A DNA stretch of 63,627 bases, counting the filler, from Perkinsus chesapeaki ATCC PRA-425 (lineage: Eukaryota > Protista > Perkinsozoa), in NCBI GenBank assembly GCA_013115145.1. It is 9 parts of 9 records of this genome, joined end to end, with 100 filler letters (N's around TTAATTAATTAA, not from the genome) between each part and the next. Parts side by side here need not be neighbours in the genome. Positions count along the whole stretch, not along the records: positions 5,768 to 33,999 come from JAAPAO010000479.1; positions 34,100 to 42,525 come from JAAPAO010000974.1; 7 more parts are not named here. One strand, written 5' to 3'. Below, in pieces: positions 26,306-39,776 of the stretch (positions within the stretch are counted from its first letter, which is position 1; each line of letters starts with the position of its first letter). The notes under the pieces are model-generated. The model saw nothing but the letters and a program-made list of their open reading frames with translations. It was not told the DNA's origin and did no database searches. Both the position numbers and the translations under genes were made by a program.

Positions 26306-27299
26306 ATGCCATTTGGATCGCTCCCATACTACTACGCCTCCGCTGGCTTCGGCGGTCCCTTCGCGACGGCATCAGCGAGTGACGATGAGGAAATTCAAAA
26401 AGGTTCCTTTGATAATGCCACGGTAAGAAATAGAAGCGATGGAGAATTACGTGGCGCGCGGTTTTTAGGTTGCAGTGTCGTTGAGGAATGGGGTGACGAA
26501 TATTCGTGAAGGGAAGTTGGAGTTTGATATGGCGAATCCACATTTTATTACTATTGATGGCAAAAGGCTTGCTATAGGTAAGGTTAGCTTCAGTGCGAAG
26601 GGACGGAGCTCGGACGGACGGATGCACAGTGCAATGTTATTTTGGCAATTATAACGATATGAATCTGGTTCACTTGTACGAATGTGGGGGGTGATATTTT
26701 CATCTAGGTATTGACAGCGATGAAGTCACTTTAGAGCACGGCCCGAAATGTGATGTAGTCGAGGAGCTGCCTAAGGTAGCTGTGGACTCTGCCGCAGCGG
26801 CAACTGCTCCTGCTGGTACTCTCGGACGTAAGGTTCGTATCAATGTAAGTTAGTCCACGATCGCACTGGGAAGATTTGAAGAATACGCGTATCTTAGGTT
26901 GAAGGTGGTAGTGATGCCATGTTCGCTGCACTTGAAAGATTTGTTGAGGATGCCAATCGTGGCGCTCAGCCCACATTCGAGGAGCAGATGGATCAGGCTC
27001 TGGACGACTTTGCCGATAAAGTCGACGATGCCTGCGACAGGTAGGCAGATAATTTCGTGGCGCGCGACATTACCATTGATGTTAGATTGCAAGCATGGCT
27101 TGACAGTTGGTCAGCAGATCCGGCCACCTCGCTCGAGGCCGCTGAAGCTGCGAAGGAGGCCGATGTTGCTGCTGCTGCTGCCGAGAAGCATATCACTTTG
27201 GGTGTCGAGAAGGAGGATCCGGCAAAGAGCGAAGGCACTCAGACTACACACGTGAAGACTAGCACTAAGGACGGCGGTGAAGACTGGGTGGTTGTTTGA
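26306..27299 (+). CDS. Hypothetical multi-exon protein
   Basis: Removing GT-AG introns 26423-26468 and 27041-27085 (and others) gives continuous frames, e.g. FDNAT|VAVSLRNG and DACDR|LQAWLDSW; stop at 27299. Confidence 0.6.
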
Positions 27300-27555
27300 G
27301 CAAACACTGTGGTGACTTCAGTACTCTATATCATCGTCATCATCATCGGACGTATGTTCGTTGACCATCTTTAAATACCAAACCTTCACTGAAGGTGGAT
27401 GACGTTTCTATGAGATGGCAGTTGAAGGAGCAGCGCTGCTGGTGACAGTTGCTGCATTCTTTATTGTTACCTCAAACTGTAGTTTATCGGTTTTGTAGGC
27501 GCCAGTTGGTTATGAGTCTTTGAGTTTTAGTGCCTCTAATTGTCTTTATATTATT

Positions 27556-27702
27556 TATTACCATACTTCATCTTATTCATTACTATACTTTTCCTTATTT
27601 ATTGACATACTTTACCTTATTCATTACCATACTTTACCTTATTCATTACCATACTTTACCTTATTCATTACCATACTTTACCTTATTCATTACCATACTT
27701 TA
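27556..27702. repeat. 22-bp AT-rich minisatellite (CATTACCATACTTTACCTTATT)n running into an N gap
   Basis: At least 4 near-exact units plus degenerate units are visible. Confidence 0.9.
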
Positions 27703-27937
27703 NNNNNNNNNNNNNNNNNNNNNNNNNNNNNNNNNNNNNNNNNNNNNNNNNNNNNNNNNNNNNNNNNNNNNNNNNNNNNNNNNNNNNNNNNNNNNNNNNT
27801 TACCTTCTAGATTAATATCATATCGCTATCGTATTATTGTTTCTCTATCATATCTAACCTAGGTATCCTCTATCCTTCAGCAGCACTATATCGTCATATC
27901 CCTCTCCTCGTAGTAGTTTCCGTTATAAATCACTTGG

Positions 27938-29244
27938 ATGTTCTCTGGTCCAATTTACTACAACCGTAGAGCGAGCTATCACTCCAGTCCTTCCCACCAA
28001 GGTGACCACCATGTTCACAGCCACCGCGGTGAGGACCCCCTGGCAGAGGAGCAAGACAGGCTGTCGTCTCGATATTCTATGAAATACGGTTGGAGCATTA
28101 TTGATGATGTTAAGGTGAAGAGGATGTAAGTGCATTTTTCATACCGTATTTTCGTTCTAGATATCAACATTCATTGGGCATACTCTGTCCGGGTCCCGAA
28201 GAGGGACCATCTGTGTTAACACTGCCGAGCCTCGAACAATGCTTTTCGAAGGTCGGCGTTTTGCAATAGGTAACTGTCTCTTAATTCACGTCAGAAGTGA
28301 AGTTTTTGATCAGGCCCAGAAGATTTCGTGAGAGTTGTGGTTGGAAGGTTTCACGACTCTGCTGCAGATTATCTACCAGCAGTTCTCTCACGGACAAGAT
28401 ACTCAGATAGAAGATCTACTATTATTAATGTAAGCTCATCAGAGGAAAATTCGGTATGAACCGCTGCCATAGTTGTATTTCTTCACTGATTCCAAAGTGC
28501 TTTATCGTCGTCAAGCTAGCAATTAGAGTGTCAGTCTTCAGCAGCAATAACGCCGCTCCTCAAAGCTCCAGCAAGCCGGGGTCAGGAGTTGCTGGTCGAA
28601 AGCATTACCATATTCGTGCGTACTTGGACGCAGGAAATCTCGATCGAGGATGCTTGCCGAATAACAGAGGGCGTAGTCTGCTATTTTATAATATATCTAA
28701 ACCTTTACTAATCTGACTACGCATTTACCTCTACAAACTATGATTGATCTATTACTTCCCTATGATTGACTTCTTTGTTGTTGTGATAGGTCCCGTCCAG
28801 CACTGAGACGGCGGACTTGTGTCGTATATACACCTGGGCTAAACTATCTATTGGTAATTGTTATCATCAAGAAGAAGAGGAAGAAAAGGAACGTGCAAGG
28901 AAGGAGGAGAGGAGAGATGTTTCTGAGGAGGCCGCTGAAGTGGCCGATGAGATTTTTGAAGCGTAAGTGTGTCGTGCGCATGCGTGCATACTGTACTTCT
29001 TCCAAATCTCAGTGCTAGCAAATGGCTAAGTTCGTGGTTCGAGCATCCGGAGGAGGAGCACCCATCATCGCCAGTGGCAGCCTCGTCGACTACTGCCTCT
29101 ACAGATGATGTCACTTCCTTCTCATCTGACAGCAAGCTTGATGGCAGCAGAAGTAGCAGAAGGACTGCATCTGGTGCGAGTAATGCCTCAACTGTCGCTA
29201 CTACAGCACTGACTGCTCCATTTGAGGGCTCTCATGCAGGGTAA
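27938..29244 (+). CDS. Hypothetical multi-exon protein (paralog of 31662-33998); boundaries uncertain
   Basis: SMKYGWSIIDD and SGSRRGTICVNTAEPRTMLFEG are shared with the second locus. Confidence 0.4.
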
Positions 29245-31661
29245 GAAGGTTTAAGGATTGCATTATATAATAAAAATGTAACTATTCATTACAGCATTAC
29301 ACTTTATCCATCCATATATCATTTAAACTACCCAAGTTATGCGCGCGGATCTGGTGGGCGTGGCTCGTAGAGTCCGTCCAGAGGACGAGTTGTCAGCAGC
29401 CGGTAACTGTTCATCATATTGCAACAACTTTGTAAGGAGCGCGCATTCTTGTTAGGCAAGCGGGTGAAATAGGCATTTTCGGTAAACTATAAAGAACTTC
29501 AAGGTGCTACTTGCAGAGTAGTTAGCACTAGTGACTGGTTTAACGTTAACACAAACCGAATCGATCGAATCACCCGTCATGTAGTTATAATGCGAGCAAG
29601 AACGTCATTACATTCTATTTTTCTTGCCATTTAATTTGTCCTGTACAAATGATATATGTATTTTGCACATTATTTATTAATACTTACTGTATTGTACCGG
29701 TACAACGACACATTGTATATCTTGCTTCAACAGTGGTTTTTTAGGTCTCCAGTTAGCAGTTCAGCGGTAGCTGTGCCTCCTATGGTTCCAAAAGGCCTCA
29801 CTAGGTCGGCGACTGGGGAGCTTAAGAATCTTATGGATACCCTCACTGGTAGGAACACTTGCAGTTGGGCTCTCAAGTTGACCTTATTTGTATCTTTTTA
29901 GATATTCCCATTCTAGATGCAACACCGCGTATGGAAGCAAGTGAGGGAGAAACTGCAGCTTTTCCAAGTAGGTTCCGTACGTTATCGTATTTGTGGTTGA
30001 TACTAATGATGGAATATAATCAGTATATCACTATTAGTCGGCAAAGCTTCGTATATTCCTGATGTACCATAGGACACTTTGTATTCTCTGCGTCACTTAA
30101 TTGAAGCTTTGTTCCTATGCTTATTTTTTCTTGTCCATCTGGAGCGGCCCATTCCCAACACAGCGTTCAGCTTAGATCGACGACATCTCATACTCAGGTT
30201 TGATGTTGGAAGACTGGTCTCCACGGAAATGCTTAGAAGATGCTCCGAGGAAGAAGGCTCCTGAACCCGAACGGTAAGTGTCTGCCATTACACTGCTCAT
30301 CGGACGTTCCTCCTCAGCGTCGCTGTTTCTGAAGACGTGAAGGTGGTGGCTGACGTGCGTCAGGAGGACGAAGGTGTTTTGCCTAATATTGTCAATAAAG
30401 ATGCATCTAACGCTTCACCTAAAATAAACGCCCAAGTCGCGGAAGAGGAGACCACTTCTATGCCTAGCGAATCTTTGACAAAGTCAACTTCCGTTGGTCA
30501 GTCGAAGAGCAGAGGAAGCCGTCCTCGAGAGGACATGGGTGTGTTGGCCTTGAGGACCGGCAAGACAACTCACATGGGCTTGTCGCTATTCCGATAGTTG
30601 TTGCACTACTCCTTTTCTTTCTTTGATTCATGGTCAGTATTGTTGTTGGTGCTGTCCCCCCTTCTGAGCGATCGTCTCGATCCAAATGTTATATCATAAC
30701 AACCAGTGTGATTCGCTGGTTTACTCATGTTCACTTACATTGTACTAGAATCGGTACCGTCATCGTCATTCATTATTCAAGACGCCTTTGCTGTTTAAGG
30801 TGTCTTGTTATATTTTTTGTTTGTGTGCATTCCTGTCCCCTTGGATCTTCCTCGGTGGGCATTCTTTGCTTGTGAAGGAGACTGTTCTTCTCCTGATGTT
30901 GTAAAGATACGTATTAGGTAGGAAACCGCGCGCCGGCGCCGGCGCCGCCAGCTGTTCTGTAGTCGTAGGGAAGATGCGTTTTAGGTTGACCCTAGGTCTA
31001 ATAGTTAGTCATCGTCAGCCAACTGATAGTTGGCAGTAGCGCTTTTGCCCCTTCGACTCTGACCAGCCACCGTTTCCTCAGTAGTGGTCCGTCAACTGTA
31101 GCTGCTCTAGTGTTGTTGTTGTTCTCCTATCTCCTCTGTAAGGTGTAAGTAGTAGTTACTGATGGTGTACTCTATAAACAGTAGTATTAGTTATCAATAG
31201 TTTAATACGAATGATGATGGTTATTATACTCGAAGAGAAGCGTTAGCTGCTTTTCACAGAATAATACTCAATAGTCTCATCACATTCCACTGGTCTCGTG
31301 TTCGATCGATTTCAATTGGGGTATTACGTAGCCTTTCGAGTGTTAGCACAATCCCGAACGACGACGACGCTGAGTGCAAAAAAGCCAACCGAAAGTTTGT
31401 GAAATTTCTATTTTCACTTTTTTCTGTGTGAAGTATTTGAAGTTGAACGTGATGGATTTTCTCGCCATATCAAAACAATAGGGAGTTGGGTACTATAGTA
31501 CTGAGATTTTTGACACTGGGAAGCTCGCAGGGGACCGGTGGCTTCCCTCAAGAGCCCCATGGTGGTGCTACAGCCTGCACTTTTTCTAAGTAGCCTCGTT
31601 TGTATCTGAGGTCGATGCGTGACTTTCAATGCGTATCTTTTAAGGTTCATTTCAACCTTGC

Positions 31662-33998
31662 ATGTATTATTACCATCTACCTTATAATATGGTTGATGAT
31701 CGGCAGAGTGGTGATACTGAATCTATGGAGTACGGCTGGAGCATTATTGCAGATGCCCAGGTACCACCAGACAGTGCTGAGATACTGTCATGCAAGTTGA
31801 GCTCAAAAATATCTTTGCCGCAATACTGCTCGCACATGTTATTGTATCCTTCTTTACCTTTGGTGCTTGCCGCACATCTTTCCACATCTGCCGTGTCTCG
31901 ACTGCATGCCCTATTCGGCAAGGATGCAGGGATATGCTGATTTTGAATGTAAATGGCACGTTGACATTATATACTGTCGTATATTATTATGTATTCATCA
32001 ATCTTCCTCGCATCGCGGAATTCAGATATCTATGATGTTCAGGTGTGTCTAGAGAAGGGCTCCTCCTCACTTTCTAGTGATAGCAGGAAGGGTATAGTCT
32101 GCGTTAGTACAGCTAAGCCAAGGGATATTGTTTTTGAAGGCATAGAGTACTCGATTGGTAGGTGGATTGGGCGCGACATTTTAGGCCACCACTTTGAGCA
32201 CTTGAACGGGCTCTTTGGAATTACGCCCGTGATTCATCTTGAGGCTGTATAATCTATCAAAGAGCCAAACGCTTCCCGTGCTCTCGTTCATTTCTCTCTG
32301 AACTCGTAGCAAGTTGTTGCTGACATTTCTCCCCCCTTGGTGCCCTGGACGTCTTGAGCTGCGTGGCTTGTAGAATTCGCATCGTACAGCATTTGTTTGT
32401 AAAATAGTACCTGAAGATAGATTCCCTGTCGGCAAACCTCAGTGGGAATGGGTACCTTAAGCTTTATCAGCGGTTCCTCTCTACATCCAAGCAGCTCCGC
32501 TGGCCTGCGTTATAACCTCCTGATTCAGGTGCTGAAGATGCTATTGTTGTTATTGTGGGAGATGGAGAGTATCACCCTGAAGCTGATGATCGTATGGTTG
32601 TCATTGTTAAAGTGAGATTGGAAGAGTGGGCCAGCCTAGTTAAATGTTACTGTAGGTGCCTGGTGATGTGAACAAGGATGAGCTGCAGCGACTGGAGACT
32701 TGGGCGCGCTTGTCGGTCGGAGATAGATTTCACTTGATTGTCTCGGGCGAGGTCGAACGGCCCGAGCACCATAGGTGACGTGCGATTCAGCTTCGGGGGT
32801 GGGAAGGTGTTCCTAGTCCCGATAGTGCGATAGGAAACCCGCTGCTAGTGGAATAGCAGAAACCGAATGCATTCTGCGTTCCTTTGATCCATGGCTAGCT
32901 AGGGAATGCCAGGGTACTCTGCGATATGTCAGTTAGAACTCTGCAAACTTTGACAGCACGTTTTAAAAAATGATGAATCATCTGTCTTTTCAGGTCTGTT
33001 GTTGTGCCTGTGCCTCCGAGTGACAACAGTGTCGATGAGAAAAAGGGTAGTTCGGCAAAGAGCAAGGAGGAGGCTTCGGATCACGCCACTAGCTCCGAGG
33101 AGGAGGAGGAGGAGTGGCCGAGTTCGGACGAGTAAGCTTTCGTAGTGATAAGTTGGACAGTTTTTTCCAGGATCGCCTCCCGCATACTTGAGAACAGCGA
33201 CTGGGCGGCGCAGTGCATCCAATCGGGTGCATTGGATGAAATTGCCTGAAATGGTGCCTGAAATTTTGCGTAGACACTCTCGTAATATAGTTCTATTGTT
33301 AAAATGCTTCACAGGCGGAATTATCTGAAAACACTTTTCCCTTGTATTTTCGACCCACGCGCGCACCACCAATTCATAATCCAAGCGATAAAATAAAGTT
33401 GTCCGCGAATCCGATTTTCTATTGAACCACCAACCCAAGGACGCTACCGTGCAAGTGAATAATCGACAATTCTTTACAAAATTTGCCAGTATGCAACGCG
33501 GATCTAACAACGCCGTGCCGCTCAGCCAAGAGTCTACGCAGTCCCACCAGACCTCGTTAAGCAGCAAGGATGCATCTAACGCTGAGGATGACCTTTCCAA
33601 GTATCACAAGAAGAATTCTGAGCCTAAACGTGGGCTAAGACGCCGCTCCGATAGGATCAAGCTCCAATCAGTAGAGAAGGACGAACCATCGGCCTCCCCT
33701 GTGTCTCACGGTCACCACACTAGGAGCCAACCTCTTACGGAGTGGCAGCTACGAAAGGCCTTAGGGAAGGTGAAGAAAAACCCAGCGGCTAAGAAAAAAA
33801 GCCCATGGAAGTCTGGTTTTCAGCCGCGAAAGCATTCGAAGAAGCCTAGCAAGAAGGTCCAGGATGAGCGGGAGGCTAGGTGCCAAAAGCGGATCGAGGA
33901 GGCTGACGGAATGTTGGCTCACCTCGAGGAGGATAATCCTCTTGATGATATATCATGGACTAGCAAGAAGCGGTTGGCATGTTACTGGGTGCTGAAAC
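31662..33998 (+). CDS. Hypothetical multi-exon protein with a basic C-terminal region; boundaries uncertain
   Basis: SMEYGWSIIAD and SSDSRKGIVCVSTAKPRDIVFEG; Lys/Arg-rich ORF 33422 onward, cut by the gap. Confidence 0.4.
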
Positions 33999-34099
33999 GN
34001 NNNNNNNNNNNNNNNNNNNNNNNNNNNNNNNNNNNNNNNNNNNTTAATTAATTAANNNNNNNNNNNNNNNNNNNNNNNNNNNNNNNNNNNNNNNNNNNN

Positions 34100-37000
34100 G
34101 GAGAGCTGCCTTTTTCAAGAAAAGATTAAGGAGATGTGTTTTGCCTGTACCCCCTGGAGCGTCTATATAAAAGAATCCACCGTTGTTATTGTCTAGAGAC
34201 GAAGTAATTGCACTGTAAACTGACTGTTGATCTTGAGTCAATGACGTTTCGAGTGCAGTTATAGATGCGGATAGCGCATAGGAAGGTTGTAGTATACCTT
34301 GTACGGTGTTGTGAGTATTTAATACATTAAACATAAGGTGAGTAGGAAATTGAGTAATCAAAGAAGTGTATGTGTCGGATAATGAGTAGTCAGACAGAGT
34401 TTTTGAATGTGCAGAGAGCCTGTAGGAAATGTCATGGAGAACACATAAAGTTAAAAAATCGTGCAGGTGCTCAGGGAAAGGTTGATCTGTACTGGGAATT
34501 TGAAGTAAGTTGTAAGATATATCTTCTGATAGTGAGTTCAAATGGTTAAGTAAGAGTTGTAAAGGGTTTGCAGGCTGGCAAAAAAGTAAAATGATAGTAA
34601 ACAAACATCTGAGTGAGGGAGAAGATGCAGTGAGAGAAGCGTCTTGCAAACATCTATCCCATTCGTTATCGTCCTCCAAGAGATTCAAGGCAAGGCAAGC
34701 TTCTTTGAATGTGTTATACGTTACTCCATTTATTGTTCGTAAATCTATGAAAGACACAGATCCACGTATATGAAGGAGGAGCAATCTGAGGTAGAACCTT
34801 TCTCCTTCCCCGGGATGGGCCATCCACATTCGTCCTATAGTGGTGGCAGAAGGTCTTCTCCTTGGAGACCATGTGTATCCTTCAGAAGACTTAATCCATG
34901 TGAAATATTTAGGAAAATCTGTATAATGTATAGATCGAGCTAGCTGATTGTGTTGATTTTGAGCAGAATTGGTTTGGAAATATGCTGTTAATTTAGTTGA
35001 GGGTGGACCCCTTAGCATTGCGTCAATGAATTGTCCATCATCAAATTGTATTTGTTGATGGTCGGGGAGATGTACAGGGAGGCGTACAACTGAATGAGAA
35101 CGGTCGTGGAGAGGAAACTTGTAAATTCGCCAGACAGCCTCTGTGCAGCCTACATACCGGGAGTCAGTGTACTCGACAATCTCGTCAATAGGGGAAGTTG
35201 GACAATTGGTGGAGGTTGTTGTTTGTTGTTGGTTAACTGTAGTGATGGGATTGTGTAATGACAAAAGAGCTCGGTCGTGACCTTTAAAAATATACTTGTA
35301 TAAATATTTCACAGCTTTGATACTTGCACAATACTCAACATTGATATGCGCGTCATAGCGACATGTCAACCAAGGACAGTAGGGGACTACCCACTGGTTG
35401 GTTATTATAATATTTGTACCATCACGTTTCCGCTTGGTAAAGGAATTTCCACCTCCAGATGGCGGGCGCCTTTTATATTGAGGATATGTGTTATCAGTTA
35501 TAGTAGTAACTGATGAGAAGTCTTTAGGAAAGCGTTTAGTACAGACCCCATCTTTCATACACCGCGCTGAAGGATTGTGTACTCCACATGGCTCGTGAAT
35601 CATACATCTTGTTACTATGGAGAACAAATTAGGGTTCAAGTTAGGGTCTGGTATTTCTGCGGAAATAAGAGAATCGATTTGGTCGATTGTGAATTGATCA
35701 TGACGTAATATAAGTAACATATGAAGATGGGGTAAACCACGCTTTTGGAATTCAATTGAATGAACAAACGCCAAGCAATGGCCAAAAATTCCTTGTTGGA
35801 TGTCTTTGATGAGATTTTTACATTTAAGATGGAATACTCGGCAGACGATGTCTGGGCGATCTACAGGGGTTTGCCCGGGTTGAAGAGCAGACGAAATTTC
35901 CGGCCAGTTGGGATTACACGTAAGTGTTATGAACAAATGAGGACGGCCGAAGGATCGCACTATACACATGGCATCATGATAAAGGCCTATAGTGTATCTC
36001 GGACTGCCTGTAAATGATGACGGAAGCACCACTCTTCTTCCGGCAAGAGGACCCTCGTTGTTGTGGATAGCATCAACCAAACCCGCATACGATTCAGATC
36101 GGATTTGTGTCTGATGAGTTCGTACCCAATGAAGCCGACTGCTCTCAATCTTGACATACATGTCGACTAAGTATTGCTGGAAAAGGCGCCGGCCGTAGAG
36201 AAGGGGATTAAAGGTGTCACGTTGATGTAAATGATAAGCGTAGAAGTCGCATGCCGATACGCGTTTACCATTGGGAAGACGAAGCTCATCATGCCATCCA
36301 TCAGTGCCATTAGCGAAAAATAAAACGTAATGAAGTGGATCGTAGCTTCGATGAAGTTCACTTATTATTGACAGTCTGTCTGATGTATCTTGAATTACAA
36401 TACTACGTGGATGGGGGGTGTCAGTTCCTGGAATGAGAATCGCTATCTCTGTGTTCTCCGATGAGGGAACATTGTATCGACCCGGGTGATTATGAGTAGA
36501 GGAATTTGGGTGAATAGTGAGCGACACATTAATGGGATTTATCAAGTTTGACGAAATTAGTTTATGTACAGAACGAAATGATCTAACGTATGGATTCACA
36601 TTTTGTAGTGTGTGTTGTAGACGTGTTAAAAGGCTGCGATTTAAACGCTCTGGAGCAGGTGAAGCGTTCAATCTGTGTTGAAGTTGTTCGAGATTATCAT
36701 ATAAATAAGTTTGTAAACCGCGCGGAATACGGGAATTAGATGTATATAGCGGTCCTATAAAGCGATATATACTGCCTTGTATACGGAAAGATTGCGGAGC
36801 AGAACCGGGGACAGAGAGAGAATCGCAAACCATAGAAGCCATGCTCAATGCTGAGTTATACACTCTTATAGACCCCAGAAATGTCCTACTTGCTGAATTA
36901 GTTCCTTCAAGAAGTTCTTTAATGAATGGGGGTGGTGGTGGTATAAGCGGTAGCTGAGAAACAGACATATCAATAGATAGTCGAAAGCTTTTACATGTAG

Positions 37001-37140
37001 TTGCCCATTATTGCAACATAAACTTCCATATAAGTATGTAGAATTCCTTGTTCTACTTATCCTTTCCGCTGGATACATCTGAGCGCCACAGTAGTGGCAG
37101 CGGTCGGTGATAGATCCCAGTGAAGCATAAGAGCTACTAT
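34100..37140 (-). mobile_element. Helitron Rep-helicase ORF (HUH Rep domain complete, Pif1 helicase truncated by the gap at Walker A)
   Basis: LFITLTCNPNW (motif I), EFQKRGLPHLH (HUH), YLYKYIFKGHD (motif III), HPGEGERFYLRLLL, DAPGGTGKT. The N-terminal CHYCGA...E...CCNNGQ motif joins via a 41-nt intron (36954-36994). Confidence 0.95.
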
Positions 37141-37299
37141 CATCTGTAATAGTAGAGGAATAATTAAATGCTGAATTGAGTAGTATGCTCGTTGTTGTAC
37201 GTTGTTGGCGAGTTATGTGGGTGGTAGGCCGCTAAAAGAGTAGGAAATACAACGAATACACGAAGAAGTATTACTTGTGGGGTTGAGAGAGAATCAGCT

Positions 37300-39600
37300 C
37301 CTGTGTCGTTTTCTTGTGTGATAGACGAAGATACGGCAGGGACAGAGGGGATAACAGCTTCTCCGAAGAGCTGAGAGAGATATATAGCCATACACAAATA
37401 TGTAAAGTAGTACGTCCGTTTCAGAAGTAGTTGGAGGCGTCTCGAAAAGGGAAGTGGAGGGCGTGAGAGTATGATGTACTACCTGCTATCGGAAAGAAAA
37501 GTGTAGCAAAAAAGGTTAACATGTGATTTACATCCTGAGGAAGAAGTTGTGCAACCGCTTGTTGTGTTGTAGAAGTAGTATGAGAGTCATCGTTAGAACG
37601 TTGTCGAGGCTGTATATGGCGAGGGGTTACAGGCGAATTCTGTACGGTACTTGTCTAAAATAAGTAAATAATAAAGTAAGACTTATGTGAACATAATGGC
37701 GTTAGACTCACATTTAGAGAGAGAAGTTGAGCAGCTACCTCTTGTATTGTGGAGAAAGCGATTTGAGGAATAGCAGTATGACGTTGTGCAGCGTTGTCGT
37801 CGTGAACCTGAAAATGAAAAGAACATCGAATAAGCTGGCAACACTGTTAACAGGTATTTGCGCTGAATATGCTTCTCACGTCTGCTGCATGGTATTGGGT
37901 TTGATGAGCAGGGTGTGATAATAGGATGCTTGTAGTACGTGGTATAGGACGGTGGGAAGAACGAACGTCAGTAATGAGTGAATGACGTTGATGGAGGGCC
38001 TAAGATGTCATCGCAAAGCTAATTATAAAGATGAAATAACGTCGTAGGCAGTATAATCGTTTTTGAGTAGTTACCGCGGTGTCATTAGAGCGGGTGTCGG
38101 TAGAGGAGTCTGTAAGAGAAGGTATCAGAGCTTCAGCGAGTATCTGCTAGAAAGTGTAGGTTTACATGTAAAAAGTGGAACGTCTTTTCGTACCATTGAA
38201 CGATCGTAAGGAGTACTACGTGTATGACGTGTAGTAACATGCTGATAACGTAAGGGAGTGTGCGTATTGTGTGGGATACTTGCCTGATGAAAGAATTTAG
38301 TAAGGCGTAAATGAGAGTAATATCATCAGACTTACAATAGGAGAAGAACGCTGAGCAACTCCTTGTTGTACTATAGAGAGAGCAGTGTGAAAATCGGAAA
38401 TATGATGTTGTGCAGGGTTCTCGTTTTGGATCTGAAAGTATATATTAAACGGAGAACATTGCTAAAAGGTATTTGCGGTGAGTTACCACATCTGCTGCCT
38501 GGTATTGGGTTTGGTGAAAAGGGTGTGGTAATAAGACGCTTGTAATAGGTGATGTGGCACGTTGGGAATTGTCGACATGAGTAATGAAGGAATCAGTTTG
38601 ATGAAAGGCCTAAAATGATTGTAAGCATGAAATTGCGTTACCCACAACATATTCATAAAAGAGTAGTTACCGGAGTGTCATCAGAGCGGATGTCAGTGGA
38701 GGGGTCCATTGGAGAAGGTATCGAAACTTGAGCGAGTATCTACCAAAAGACGAAGGTTTACGTATATTAAGCACAATAGAGAAGACATTTGAGAAGTGTG
38801 CGGATTTTTTCTTTCACTTGGCTAATAAAAAAATAAAGGGAGTCGTATGCGAAAATAATTCCGTGAGACTTGTAGTAGGAGAAGGAAACTGAGCAGCTAC
38901 TTCTTGTGTTGTAGAGGAAGTAGTGGCAGGAATGACTGTTTGACGTTGTGTAGGGTTGTCGTGGTGGACCTGTGTAAAGGAAGAACATATTATAGAATAA
39001 GCTGGGCACGTTGTTAACAGGTATTTTCGCTGAATATTGTGCTTACTACATCTTCTCGCTGCTGTTGGGTTTGATGAGCAAGGTGTGACAATAAGAGGCT
39101 TGTAGCAGGTGGTATCGGACGGTGGGAAGCGCGAGCGTCAGTGATGAGTGAATGACTTTGGTTAAGGGCCTAAAATGATTATAAGGCAAAAATAGCGTGA
39201 GACACATCATATTCATGAAAGAGTAATTACATAAGTGTCATTAGAGCGGGTGTCAGTGGAAACGTCCATAAGAGAAGGTATAAGAGCTTCAGCCAGTATC
39301 TGTGAAATGGCGACGGTTGACGTGTGTTAAGCGGAACGGCGATTCGTACCATTGGACGATCATAAGGAGCACTGCGTATATGGCGTGGGGTAACGTCTTC
39401 ATTACGGAATGGAGAAAGCATTTGAAAAGTGTTCGTGTTTTGCCTGGTGCGTTCCTGATGAGAGAATAAAAAAAGGCGTATGTAAGACGTAATAATATAA
39501 GACTTACATCAGGAGAAGGAATCTGAGCAACTCCCTGTTGTCTTGTAGATAGAGCAATGTGAGAGTTTGTAGTATGGGGTTCAGTAGACATTAGAAAAAT
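37300..39600 (-). repeat. Three to four degenerate ~560-620 bp tandem units upstream of the Helitron Rep exon, with exon/intron-like architecture
   Basis: Anchors TGGGTTTG.TGA..AGGGTGTG at about 37895, 38506 and 39067; GTGTCAT.AGAGCGG.TGTC at about 38080, 38675 and 39235. Confidence 0.75.
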
Positions 39601-39776
39601 GTAATAGCTGTAAGAATCAGAGCGGACAATGCTGGTGGAGCAATGTGTTCCGAACACAACAAAGTGAGCTGGGTGTAACAACATTCCACTTTAACAGCTT
39701 TACCGCCTGATGACCTGTATGTCGATCATGATACTTAATGAAAAAAGTAAAAGGCGTTGTTTGTTGTGGCGAAGCC

